From positions 11,318 to 75,317 of the forward strand of contig JBKBYA010000014.1 of the NCBI GenBank assembly GCA_046313635.1: a DNA stretch of 64,000 nt, given 5' to 3'. Made by a program: the position numbers and the translations under genes. The notes beneath the pieces were generated by a model that was not told the origin of the DNA, did no database searches, and saw only the letters and a list, made by a program, of their open reading frames with translations. Each line of letters opens with the position of its first letter. Position 1 is the first letter of the stretch. Positions 47,629 to 56,528 of this stretch are shown one piece after another. This DNA comes from Pyrinomonadaceae bacterium. GTDB taxonomy: Bacteria; Acidobacteriota; Blastocatellia; Pyrinomonadales; Pyrinomonadaceae.

Positions 47629-47654
47629 CAGGGTTGTTTCACCGATGACACAAT
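47625..47654 (+). promoter_or_regulatory. putative promoter
   Basis: TTGACA-18 nt-CACAAT. Confidence 0.5.
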
Positions 47655-47675
47655 GCGTCATCGACGGGAGGAGAG

Positions 47676-48293
47676 ATGGCAAAGAAGAACATCACATCGG
47701 TATACGCGGACGGCGGCCTGCTGACGCATAACCCGTCGACGCTCGGTGGCACGTGGGCCTACGTGCTGGTCGACGACGAGAACGACGAGGCGGTCGGCGG
47801 CGAGAGCGGCGTCGTGCTTGCCGAGAAGCTCAAGGTGCCGGTCGTGACCAACAACCACACCGAGCAGATCGCGATCATCAAGGCGATCGAGGCCCTGCCG
47901 TGCGGCTGGTCCGGCCGGATCTGTTCGGACTCGCAGGTCGCCCTCGTGCGGGTCGAGTCCGACTATCAACTGAGCAGGGGGGTAAAGCGGTTTCCGGCGG
48001 GCGAGAACAACCTCCCGAGCATCATATCCGACCGTTCGAAGCATGCCGCGGCCCGTCTCGGCCGGGTCGAGTTCGTCCTCCTGCAGGGCCACCCGACGAA
48101 GGCCGACCTCGAATGCGGGTGGGGACGCAAGCGAAACCTGCCCGTCTCAAAATACAACGTCCTCGCCGACACGATGTGCAACGAGGAAAAAGTACGGTTC
48201 AGGATCCGACAGGAGCTGGAGGCACTGCATAAGCTGGCCGGCAGCGACGTCCTCCGTGAACTGGTCGACGACATCTCGGCACATGCCGAGTAG
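47676..48293 (+). CDS. ribonuclease HI-like protein
   Basis: YADGG, TNN..E..A...A, SDSQ, GH and N..AD motifs. Confidence 0.85.
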   Translation: MAKKNITSVYADGGLLTHNPSTLGGTWAYVLVDDENDEAVGGESGVVLAEKLKVPVVTNNHTEQIAIIKAIEALPCGWSGRICSDSQVALVRVESDYQLSRGVKRFPAGENNLPSIISDRSKHAAARLGRVEFVLLQGHPTKADLECGWGRKRNLPVSKYNVLADTMCNEEKVRFRIRQELEALHKLAGSDVLRELVDDISAHAE

Positions 48294-48315
48294 AGGATAT
48301 AGAGTCTCACACACT

Positions 48316-48597
48316 ATGAAAAGCGAAACAACCAACGCCTGGGGCATCGACAACGGGGAGCTCTGGCCAAACACATTCGACACCAGACGCGACGCGATCA
48401 AGTGGATCGAGTCGACGCTCGGAATGTCATGGAACGAGATCAAACGGGACAAGCGGATCCCGAAGATATTGATCGTGCAGGTCACGGTCGTGCGAAAGGC
48501 CCCGCCGGAGCGTAAAAAGCTCGCCCGCCGCGACGCGGCGAACTGGGGCCGGTCGGTCAAGACGGTCGAGCTGCAGTCGGCCTACGCGGTCCACTGA
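48316..48597 (+). CDS. hypothetical protein
   Basis: ATG at 48316 in ORF 48043..48597. Confidence 0.6.
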   Translation: MKSETTNAWGIDNGELWPNTFDTRRDAIKWIESTLGMSWNEIKRDKRIPKILIVQVTVVRKAPPERKKLARRDAANWGRSVKTVELQSAYAVH

Positions 48598-48607
48598 CGA
48601 GGAGAGC

Positions 48608-48889
48608 ATGAAGACATTGCAAAAGATCTGGGCGGCGATCCGCCCGCCTCGCGGACGGTATCCAAATCCGACGCAGACGTTTCATTACAAGGTCGAGCTG
48701 GCAAACGGGCTGTCGGTGACGTTCACGAGGACATACACGCTGCGAAACCTCAACTTCGACGACTTTGAAACGCCGGCAAAACAGGCGTTGGAGCATCTTT
48801 ACGGGATCTCTAAAAGCGGGTTTATCTCGGACGGCACGTTCTACCCGCCGCACCAGATCAGGAACATCAGGATGGACCCATCGGCATGA
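48608..48889 (+). CDS. hypothetical protein
   Basis: GAGGAG RBS; coupled to polA. Confidence 0.65.
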   Translation: MKTLQKIWAAIRPPRGRYPNPTQTFHYKVELANGLSVTFTRTYTLRNLNFDDFETPAKQALEHLYGISKSGFISDGTFYPPHQIRNIRMDPSA

Positions 48890-50688
48890 AAGTGATCCGT
48901 GTAAAAGCGAAGGACGTCCCGGCGATGGTGCGGGATCTCAGGTCGCGTCGGTCGATCGGCTTCGATACCGAGACCGGTGGGTTTGACCCGTACCACAACG
49001 AGCTTCGACTGCTGCAGTTCTCCCCGTCGCCCGACAAGGCGTACGTCGTCGACCTGCGGGACTTTAAGCGGCCGGGGTCGAACGACAAGCTCAGGGCGGT
49101 CCGCGACCTGCTCGCCGACCCGGAGATCGAGAAGATCGGTCACAACCTCAAGTTTGACGCAAAGTTCGTCAAGCATCATCTCGGCGTCGACCTCGGCGGC
49201 ATCTACGACACGTTTATCTGCTCGCAGATCGTGTCGTGTGGTCAGAAGTACGACAACAACGGAAATAAGCTCAGGCACGGTCTCGGCGTCGTCGCCGAAC
49301 GACTGCTCGGCCGCGAGATCGACAAGACCGAGCAGCGGTCGGACTGGACCGTCGACGAGCTCTCGGACTCGCAGATCGAGTACGCGGCCCGCGACGTGAC
49401 CGTCCTGCACGAGCTACGCGACGTGCTCGACCGCAAGCTCTCGGCCCGTCACCTGCAAACGGTCGCACGGCTCGAGAACGACATCGTGATGGCGATGGCA
49501 CAGCTCGAGCTCAACGGATTTTATCTCGACGCGTCGCGGTGGCGGCAGCAGCTCCGCACGGTCGAACGAAAGATCGCACGCGAGGCGGCGGAGCTGCAGA
49601 CGATGCTCTCGGGCGGAAACCGCCAGATGGGGCTCTTTGGAGCGATCGAGATCGACCTCGGGTCGGTCCAGCAGGTGGCCGAGTGTCTCAAAGGGCTCGG
49701 CGTCCCGGTGCCGAAGACCGAGACGGGACGCGACACGACGAAAGAGGACCAGCTCGAGCCGTTCCGGCACCAATTCCCCGTCGTCGACAAGCTGATGGAG
49801 TGGCGGGGCCTCTCGAAACAGCTCACCTCCTACGGCGAGAACATCCTCGATCTTATCAATCCCGCTACCGGACGAATCCACGCCGACTTCGGACAGATCG
49901 AGGCCGGGTCGGGCCGTATGCGGTGCGGCAATCCGAATCTCCAGAACGTACCGGCCGGCGATGAGTATCGATCGTGTTTCGGAGCTCAGGGCGACGACCG
50001 GACGCTGGTCATCGCAGACTACTCGCAGATCGAGCTCAGAGTGATGGCCGAGCTCTCGGAGGACGCGGCGATGATCCGCTCGTTCAACTCGGGATACGAC
50101 TATCACACGGCGACGGCGATGGAGGTCTTCGGCCTTACAAGTCCGGACGAGGTCTCGGCCGAGCAGCGTACCTTCGCCAAGCGGATCAACTTCGGCATCG
50201 GGTACGGCATGGGGCCGGGACGATTTGCCCGCATGACCGGGATGACCTTTGACGCGTCGAAGGCGTTCTTTGAGACCTTCTTTTCGAAGCTGTCCGGGCT
50301 CGACGGGTGGCTTAAATCGCAGCGGTACACCGGGCTCAAGCTGCGGTACGTCAAGACGCTGTCGGGAAGGACGGTCGACCTCAGGTTTGACCGTCGGGAC
50401 GAGGGCCAGCGAAAGGCGGCCGAGAGGCTCGCGACCAACATCCCGGTGCAGGGCTCGGCCGCGGACATATTCAAACGCGGCCTGAAGCTGACGCACGACG
50501 CGTTCCGGGGAACGTCGGCCCGCATCGTCAATCTCGTCCATGACGAAGTGGTCGTCGAGTGCGACAAGAGCGAGGCCGAGGACATCAAGGTCCGGCTCGA
50601 GACGGCACTCCGAGCGGCCGGTGAGGAGTATGTGCGTCTGGTGCCGATCAAGGTCGATGCTAAACTGACCGAGGTCTGGGCGAAGTAA
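48886..50688 (+). CDS. polA: family A DNA polymerase (3'-5' exo plus polymerase; no 5'-3' exo)
   Basis: FDTET, GHN.KFD, YAA.D exo motifs; PNLQN.P, ADYSQIELR, AK..NFG..YG, N.PVQG..AD, VHDE. Confidence 0.97.
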   Translation: MKVIRVKAKDVPAMVRDLRSRRSIGFDTETGGFDPYHNELRLLQFSPSPDKAYVVDLRDFKRPGSNDKLRAVRDLLADPEIEKIGHNLKFDAKFVKHHLGVDLGGIYDTFICSQIVSCGQKYDNNGNKLRHGLGVVAERLLGREIDKTEQRSDWTVDELSDSQIEYAARDVTVLHELRDVLDRKLSARHLQTVARLENDIVMAMAQLELNGFYLDASRWRQQLRTVERKIAREAAELQTMLSGGNRQMGLFGAIEIDLGSVQQVAECLKGLGVPVPKTETGRDTTKEDQLEPFRHQFPVVDKLMEWRGLSKQLTSYGENILDLINPATGRIHADFGQIEAGSGRMRCGNPNLQNVPAGDEYRSCFGAQGDDRTLVIADYSQIELRVMAELSEDAAMIRSFNSGYDYHTATAMEVFGLTSPDEVSAEQRTFAKRINFGIGYGMGPGRFARMTGMTFDASKAFFETFFSKLSGLDGWLKSQRYTGLKLRYVKTLSGRTVDLRFDRRDEGQRKAAERLATNIPVQGSAADIFKRGLKLTHDAFRGTSARIVNLVHDEVVVECDKSEAEDIKVRLETALRAAGEEYVRLVPIKVDAKLTEVWAK

Positions 50689-50706
50689 CAATATTTACAT
50701 TTCTAT

Positions 50707-50736
50707 TTGACAGGTGTCACATATTTGTGGCACCAT
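50707..50736 (+). promoter_or_regulatory. promoter with near-palindrome TGACAGGTGTCA
   Basis: TTGACA-18 nt-CACCAT; 17-nt match (1 mismatch) to 33970-33986. Confidence 0.6.
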
Positions 50737-50783
50737 TTTTTTGTCTGCTTTCGCAGTCTTCGAACCGGGGAAGCCCACCTGAT

Positions 50784-51938
50784 ATGAAAATTCGGATTGA
50801 CGCAGAGATGTTGCGAGACGAGCTCTCGAGAGCGACGTCGGTGATCGAAAAGACGCCGCGTAAGCCCGGTCTCGAGTATGTACTTGTGGAGCCGGCCGGC
50901 AAGTACGTGAAGTTCACGGGGTCGGACGGCGTGGCGGCGATCGAGTCGTTCGCACCGTCGGACGAGGTGGAGTTTGAAGCCGGTGCCAAAGGTCCGATCT
51001 GCCTGCCGGGACGCAAAACGCTCGACCTGGTGAAGCTGATGTCGGGCGAGGTCCGATTCGAGACGCTGCCGAACGGCTACATCAATCTCTACAACGGACG
51101 CTCGAAGTATCGCCTGGCGTCGATCGACGCGTCGCGTTACCCGCGGATCGCCGAGGAGTTCACGCCGAGCGGCGACCTGCCGGCCCAGGTGCTCAGGCGG
51201 GCGATCAAACTGACCCGCGGGTTTATCGGCGAGGACGACTCGAAATTCGCTTTTTCAGGCGGTCTGCTCGAGGTCTCGGACGGGTCGATGCGGGTCGTCG
51301 CGACCGACGGGGCGAGACTGGCCGTGGCCGAGTGCGGCGGTGTCGACGAGGGCGACTTCAGCGTGCTGCTGCCGCACCGCAGCCTCAACATGCTCGCGGG
51401 ACTCATCTCACGCGACAGCGAGACCGTGACGGTCGCGTTTGCCCGCAACCCGGTGACCGGGGCGATCACCAAGGCGAAGTTCAAGATCGAACGTGCGTTC
51501 CTGACGACGAACCTGACGACGGGACAGTTCCCGGCGTGGCGTCAGATACTGCCTAGCTCTGACCACGAGCTCCAGGCCGAACTCAGCCGCACGGAGCTGC
51601 ACAACGCCCTGCGGAAGGCGTTGGTCGCGACGGACGGCAAGTCGAACATCGTCGAGCTCAACTTCGCTCCCGGCAGCGTCCTGGTCAAGACCGACGGGGC
51701 CGACGCAGGGTCGGACGTGCTCGACGCGGAGTATCTGACCGGGGACCCGGCCGAGGACGCGGAGGCCCGGCTCGGTCTGAACGCCAACTTTGTGAACCAG
51801 TTCCTGGCGGTGGTGCCGGACGTGCTCGAGGACGACTCGGTCCTGATCTCGTACAACGGCCCGACGCAGTTTGTCGGCATCAGCCCGCGAGAGGCTGAGT
51901 TCGACTTTAAGTACCTTCTCGCACCCGCACGATTGTAA
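50784..51938 (+). CDS. dnaN: DNA polymerase III beta sliding clamp
   Basis: About 384 aa; VATDG.RLA, G.FP.W..I.P, N..F...FL and C-terminal YLLAP.R. Confidence 0.92.
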   Translation: MKIRIDAEMLRDELSRATSVIEKTPRKPGLEYVLVEPAGKYVKFTGSDGVAAIESFAPSDEVEFEAGAKGPICLPGRKTLDLVKLMSGEVRFETLPNGYINLYNGRSKYRLASIDASRYPRIAEEFTPSGDLPAQVLRRAIKLTRGFIGEDDSKFAFSGGLLEVSDGSMRVVATDGARLAVAECGGVDEGDFSVLLPHRSLNMLAGLISRDSETVTVAFARNPVTGAITKAKFKIERAFLTTNLTTGQFPAWRQILPSSDHELQAELSRTELHNALRKALVATDGKSNIVELNFAPGSVLVKTDGADAGSDVLDAEYLTGDPAEDAEARLGLNANFVNQFLAVVPDVLEDDSVLISYNGPTQFVGISPREAEFDFKYLLAPARL

Positions 51939-51951
51939 GGAGACGAAGTAT

Positions 51952-52149
51952 ATGTCTGAGCGGAAGCAGATCGAAAGGAGGCTGCAGGACGCCGAGTCGG
52001 CGTTGATCTGGATGAAGTGGGCGTACCCGACGACCAACGACCCGTTTGTCGAGCGTTGGATCCGAAAGTACGAGCGAAAGGTCGAGAAGCTCAAGTCGGC
52101 TCTCGACGGGACCAAGACACAGTCGGCCGGACGGCCTTTGGAGGTTTGA
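51952..52149 (+). CDS. small hypothetical protein
   Basis: AAGGAG RBS; start MSERKQ. Confidence 0.6.
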   Translation: MSERKQIERRLQDAESALIWMKWAYPTTNDPFVERWIRKYERKVEKLKSALDGTKTQSAGRPLEV

Positions 52150-52694
52150 TGATCGATACGACCAGCAGTGACTCGATCCTGAATACGTGCCGCGACTACA
52201 TCGGCTCGCGTCAGAGCGACTACGAGTTTCGCTGCATCCGCTTTGACGCGGTGATCGACCGGATGAGTCGGATGGGACTCGCCGACGGCGACTCGGTGCT
52301 CGACGTCGGGTGCGGCCGCGGCGACTTCAGGCAGCGGCTCGCGGAACGGGGTTTCGACGTTAGATACACCGGCGTCGACGGTGCGATCGACGGGAGGAAC
52401 CTGAACACGTGGAGCCCCTCGTTCTGGGGATACGACTGGATCGTCGCGATCGAGGTGTTGGAGCATCTCTACTTTCCGAAACTCCACCTCATAAATTACA
52501 AAATGGCCGCAGTCAAAGGTGTCGTGATCACCACACCAAACCCCGCGACGGTCGACGTGCTCGCATGTGACCCGACGCACGTCAGCATCGTCTACCCCTC
52601 GGAGCTTGCCTGGGCCGGCTACGACTTTGAACCGGCTTGCCTCTTTAACAACGACCCGCAGGACAGCCTGATCGGCTGGTGTCGCAGATTCTGA
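52149..52694 (+). CDS. class I SAM-dependent methyltransferase
   Basis: VLDVGCGRG, YTGVD, D.IVA.EVLEH, ITTPN. Confidence 0.85.
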   Translation: MIDTTSSDSILNTCRDYIGSRQSDYEFRCIRFDAVIDRMSRMGLADGDSVLDVGCGRGDFRQRLAERGFDVRYTGVDGAIDGRNLNTWSPSFWGYDWIVAIEVLEHLYFPKLHLINYKMAAVKGVVITTPNPATVDVLACDPTHVSIVYPSELAWAGYDFEPACLFNNDPQDSLIGWCRRF

Positions 52695-52698
52695 CTTT

Positions 52699-53241
52699 AT
52701 GAGCACATCACTATTCGAACTAACGAGCGAGATGCTCGAGATGGAACAGATCCTGTCGAACTTTGACGGTGACGTTACGGACGAGGACAAGGAAGCCGCG
52801 GTCGACGCCCTGTTTGCCCGCTGGCTCGAGAACGGCGAGGAGCTCAAGGTCAAGATCGACAATTACCTCTGGCTGATGGCCGAGCTCGAGGGCCGGGCGG
52901 AGATCCGCAAAAAAGAATCGAAGCGTCTGGCCGAGCTCGCCAAGCGTGACGAGACCAACCGCGACCGACTCGAGATGCGTCTCTACGCCTTCCTGAAGGT
53001 GACCGGCAAGACCGAGTTTGAGACGAACTATCACAAGCTCAAACGCGTCGCGGTCGGCGGCAAGCAGCGTCTCACGCTGCTCTTTGAGAACGTCATGGAC
53101 CTGCCTAAGAAGTTCCGCACGGAGATCCGTGAGTGGCGGGCCGACACGGAGGCGATCAGGGCGGCACTCGAGTCCGGCGACGCGAAGATCGCTCAATTCG
53201 CAAAGCTCGAGGAGCGGGGAGAGAGGCTGAAGATCAGCTAG
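52699..53241 (+). CDS. siphovirus Gp157-like protein
   Basis: SLFEL, K.DNY, E.KRL..L, AL..G and C-terminal ERG..L.I pattern. Confidence 0.85.
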   Translation: MSTSLFELTSEMLEMEQILSNFDGDVTDEDKEAAVDALFARWLENGEELKVKIDNYLWLMAELEGRAEIRKKESKRLAELAKRDETNRDRLEMRLYAFLKVTGKTEFETNYHKLKRVAVGGKQRLTLLFENVMDLPKKFRTEIREWRADTEAIRAALESGDAKIAQFAKLEERGERLKIS

Positions 53242-53253
53242 GAGGAGAACGGA

Positions 53254-53478
53254 ATGCTTTTTTACGTCTATTTGTACGCCGGCCTGTGTGTCGTCTGCAC
53301 CGCGATCGGGATCGGACTCACGGTATGGAGTCACTACGATCTCCTGCTGCCCGGGGCCAGAACGATCAGAAATTTTGCGAGTCTGATCGATTGGAAACGC
53401 GTCGTCAAGATATTTCCATTCACGCCATTTTTGTTGATCGCGACGATCGTTATCGTCCTGACAGAAGAGGAGGATTAA
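53254..53478 (+). CDS. small membrane protein
   Basis: Two hydrophobic segments; GGAGG RBS. Confidence 0.6.
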   Translation: MLFYVYLYAGLCVVCTAIGIGLTVWSHYDLLLPGARTIRNFASLIDWKRVVKIFPFTPFLLIATIVIVLTEEED

Positions 53479-53485
53479 GAATTTT

Positions 53486-54238
53486 ATGAAGCAGCCAAAA
53501 TTCCCGGTCGCATCGACCGCCTACATCGCGAACCCGCTCCTGGGCAACTTGTTTCCGCCGCGGGAGAAGGTCACCGTCACCGGATTTGACGAGATGCTCC
53601 ACGAGTACCGGGTCCACAACAGATACGGTCATTATCGCTGGGTCAATGAGGGCGACCTGTCGAAGATCCCTTTCAAAAAAGGCGACCGCGTCCGCGTCCT
53701 GACGAGGGGAGGAGCGTGGTGCCACTGCCTGCCCGTGGGATCGGTGGCGGAAGTGGTAGGCGAGCACGTCGATGCGGGTGGTGTGTACGGTTGTCGCGTC
53801 GAAACGGTCGACGCCTTCCAACAGGTCCCGATCGATGAGCTGGAGCTGGTCGAGGACAAGCCGGTCGACGTGGCGAAGCCCGCGGCCCGCCTGTCCTTTA
53901 CGGAGTACGTCGACTCCGTGCTCAGGCACGCATTTTATCCTGGTGCCGGAACGACGGCCGGGCTTACCTACGCGGCGTTGGGTCTGGCTGGTGAAGCGGG
54001 CGAGACGGCGAACAAGGTCAAAAAGATCCTTCGCGACGCGGGCGGTGTGATCTCAGAGGAGAGGCTGCAGCAGATCAAGGACGAGCTCGGCGACGTGCTC
54101 TGGTACGTCGCGGCCTGTGCGAGAGAGTTGGACGTCACGCTCGAGGACGTCGCCAGGCACAACGTCGAGAAACTGGCCGCACGCCACGGCGAGAAAAAGG
54201 ACAACGTCCGTCACATCCGGTTTCCCCCGCACGCGTGA
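53486..54238 (+). CDS. MazG-like nucleotide pyrophosphohydrolase with N-terminal SH3/KOW-like extension
   Basis: LGLAGEAGE.A.K.KK..RD, ELGDVLWY.A, N.EKL..R. Confidence 0.9.
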   Translation: MKQPKFPVASTAYIANPLLGNLFPPREKVTVTGFDEMLHEYRVHNRYGHYRWVNEGDLSKIPFKKGDRVRVLTRGGAWCHCLPVGSVAEVVGEHVDAGGVYGCRVETVDAFQQVPIDELELVEDKPVDVAKPAARLSFTEYVDSVLRHAFYPGAGTTAGLTYAALGLAGEAGETANKVKKILRDAGGVISEERLQQIKDELGDVLWYVAACARELDVTLEDVARHNVEKLAARHGEKKDNVRHIRFPPHA

Positions 54239-54597
54239 ATATCACACTCCCCTTCCCGCCGTCTCTCAACCGGATGTACCGCATCAGCGGGAGCCGGATG
54301 TACGTCTCCCGCGAGGGACTCAAATACAAAAAGGCCGTCGAGAAGATCTGCAGCACGTTGCGGATCAAGCCTCTCGACGGTCTCTTGTCTGTCTCGGTCG
54401 ATGTCTACCGGCCGCAGCGACGCGGCGATTTGGACAACACGTTCAAGTGCCTCTTCGACAGCCTCAACGGATTCCTATGGATCGACGACAAACAGATCGT
54501 CGAGATCCATGCCCGCCGGTTTGACGATAAGCTCAAACCGCGGGTCGAGGTCGAGATCCGCCGGCACGTGGGTGAAACCTCATATAGTTCTCTTTGA
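54235..54597 (+). CDS. rusA: RusA Holliday junction resolvase
   Basis: LPFPPS.N, DLDN..K...D.L and DD.Q motifs. Confidence 0.93.
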   Translation: MNITLPFPPSLNRMYRISGSRMYVSREGLKYKKAVEKICSTLRIKPLDGLLSVSVDVYRPQRRGDLDNTFKCLFDSLNGFLWIDDKQIVEIHARRFDDKLKPRVEVEIRRHVGETSYSSL

Positions 54598-55399
54598 GAG
54601 CGTCGCTCGTGACGTGCGTATAGACCTGCGTCGTCGAGACGCTCGCATGACCGAGCATCTGCTGGACAAATCTGATGTCGATCCTGCCCGACTGCATAAG
54701 GTGGGTCGCACAGGTGTGCCGCAGCGTATGCGGACTCACACCCTCGAGACCCGCCCTCGCGGCGACCCGCCGCACGAGACGCCAGACATCCCCGCGGGAG
54801 AGGTCAAAGAGCCTCACGTCCGGCGGGGGCGGGCCGAGATGGACCGCCGCGAGATAGCTGCGGACCGAGGACAACGCCTCTCGGCCGCACGGGACGAGCC
54901 GCTCTTTGGATCCCTTACCGGCGACCTTGATGTAGCCGTCGTGCAGATCGCTCACCGACAACCCGCAGAGCTCCGAGACCCTGATCCCGGTAGCGTAGAG
55001 CAGATCCAACACGGCCCGCTCCTCGGGCGTCTCGGCGGCCTCGATGAGCTGTACCACCTCGTCGCGATTGAGAAACCGCGGGATGTACCGCTCCTTCTCC
55101 GGCATCTGCAGGAACTCGGTCGGGTCGTGCCGCAGGACGCCCTCGCGTACCAGGAACTTGTAGAAACCCCTCACGCCGGCGACGATCCGGTCGATCGACG
55201 CCGGGCTCAGGCCCGCGTACCGCAGGGTCATCACGAACTCCGACAGATCGCTCCGCGAAAGCGAGACCGCATCGAGCTCGGCATCCAGGCACCACGCGAC
55301 AAGTTTGTCCAGATCCCGCCGGTACGCTTCGATCGTCTGCTCTGCCAGCCCGCGTTCGGTCCGCAGGTGACGGATGTAGTTATCGATCAGTTGTGTCAT
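54533..55399 (-). CDS. XerC/XerD-like tyrosine recombinase
   Basis: ERGLA..T.EAY..DL N-domain; LYATG.RVSEL, GKG.KER.VP, HTLRH..ATH, LGHA...TTQ.YTH. Confidence 0.93.
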   Translation of the reverse strand: MTQLIDNYIRHLRTERGLAEQTIEAYRRDLDKLVAWCLDAELDAVSLSRSDLSEFVMTLRYAGLSPASIDRIVAGVRGFYKFLVREGVLRHDPTEFLQMPEKERYIPRFLNRDEVVQLIEAAETPEERAVLDLLYATGIRVSELCGLSVSDLHDGYIKVAGKGSKERLVPCGREALSSVRSYLAAVHLGPPPPDVRLFDLSRGDVWRLVRRVAARAGLEGVSPHTLRHTCATHLMQSGRIDIRFVQQMLGHASVSTTQVYTHVTSDALKENYMRFHPRAGGSRPRPAV

Positions 55400-55791
55400 A
55401 GTCCCAGTATTCTAGCGGCTTTGGACGTACTCTCAGCCGCTCTGACCCAGTACGCGGTCATGTGTTCTCTGGAATGCTCGTAACCCGCCGCGTCCCACAG
55501 TACGGCGGCCTGGTTGTAATCATGAGCCGCCGACTCGATGTGTTTTGCAAGGTCGCTGCCGCGAGGCAATCTTCTCAAGGCGGCGTCAGCGTCGTACCTG
55601 ACGTCCGTCACGAGTCGTGCGTAGTCACTTCGGTTGACTCCACTCCGAGTCGCCGCGTCGAGCCGTCGAAGTGATTCGACGGCCTTGACCGCCTCGGCAC
55701 GACCTGACCCGGCTGGACCGGCCAACATCGCCAGAAGCACGAGCGATAGAACGAGGACCGAAGCTGCACAGACGATGAGCATCTTGTTCAT
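55396..55791 (-). CDS. exported/membrane hypothetical protein
   Basis: Start MNKMLIVCAASVLVLSLVLLAML; coupled to the recombinase. Confidence 0.6.
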   Translation of the reverse strand: MNKMLIVCAASVLVLSLVLLAMLAGPAGSGRAEAVKAVESLRRLDAATRSGVNRSDYARLVTDVRYDADAALRRLPRGSDLAKHIESAAHDYNQAAVLWDAAGYEHSREHMTAYWVRAAESTSKAARILGL

Positions 55792-56215
55792 ATTGGTGGT
55801 TGACGACCCGCGGGTTGATGTGCGTGTGACAGGTCTCGCGTACGGTCGAATATTCTCATCATACCACCGAGCGGCCGCTCGGCGGCGTCTCGGATCCATG
55901 ACATCGTCGGGGCGATCTTCTATCATATCCCCGATGATCGCCGCGAGTAGTCCTGTTAAAATTGGAATCATTCCCATGTCATTACAATTCGACTCTCAGT
56001 TTGACAGGACCGTACAGCACGGTCATAATTACCGATTCGCGGCCGCGAGTACGACCGCATTCGTATCCACAGTTTATCATGGTGCGGATTCTGGTACGAT
56101 TTTGGTTGAAAACCCGGTCAAAATAGTTCTTTTGTGTCTGTCACGTGTAAAACACACATTCGAGCTTATTGTTGATAACTAAATAGTTTACGCATTTCCC
56201 ACAAAATCGGGGAAG

Positions 56216-56264
56216 TGCCTTGACACGGTAGGGGTCAGCAGTTCAACTCTGCTAGTGCCTACCA
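56216..56264 (+). tRNA. 3' half of tRNA-Val(GAC) (attachment core; not a full tRNA)
   Basis: Anticodon loop TTGACAC, T-arm AGCAG TTCAACT CTGCT, ends ACCA; no D-arm or 5' acceptor strand upstream. Confidence 0.85.
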
Positions 56265-56272
56265 ATAAAATC

Positions 56273-56309
56273 AACGGTTTAGCGACACTTGCTAAACCGT
56301 TTCTTTTTT
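56273..56309 (+). terminator. terminator after the tRNA fragment
   Basis: AACGGTTTAGC/GCTAAACCGTT 11-bp stem plus TCTTTTTT. Confidence 0.85.
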
Positions 56310-56528
56310 GGGTGGTACGATTGTGGTACGATTGGTCACGATCTCGAAGCTGAGTTCCGGCTCGCCTTCGAGGTCGAGCTGGCGGCATTCCTCGTCTGAT
56401 ATGACTGAAAATTGATTCGCTACAGCCCGGTGTACGAAGTCGATCAACTCCAACCGGCCATCGGGCTTTCCATCGCCGATGACGCGGCGTTCTAGGTCAT
56501 TAAATTCGAGTGTCATTCTTATCTTCAT
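56292..56528 (-). CDS. hypothetical protein downstream of the integrase
   Basis: 78-aa ORF coupled (ATGA) to the integrase stop; runs over the arm repeats. Confidence 0.45.
   Translation of the reverse strand: MKIRMTLEFNDLERRVIGDGKPDGRLELIDFVHRAVANQFSVISDEECRQLDLEGEPELSFEIVTNRTTIVPPKKETV

Larger units (their letters stand above)
56092..56343 (+). other. attP-like site: tRNA core, arm-type repeats TGGTACGATT and an IHF-consensus site
   Basis: TGGTACGATT at 56092, 56313 and 56324 flank the tRNA fragment; AATCAACGGTTTA (WATCAAN4TTR) at 56269. Confidence 0.75.

Noticed and set aside
11981..52862. Many long antisense ORFs (e.g. 11981..12952, 13307..14365, 15571..16779, 26029..27246, 49414..50691, 51408..52862)
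   Set aside because: Shadow frames of high-GC3 genes on the opposite strand; no motifs or RBS.
56079..56112. dif site for the XerD-like recombinase (GGTGCG...)
   Set aside because: Poor match to the 11-6-11 dif consensus; better explained by integrase arm repeats.
56190..56264. Complete functional tRNA-Val gene
   Set aside because: No D-arm or 5' acceptor strand upstream; only the 3' half is present.
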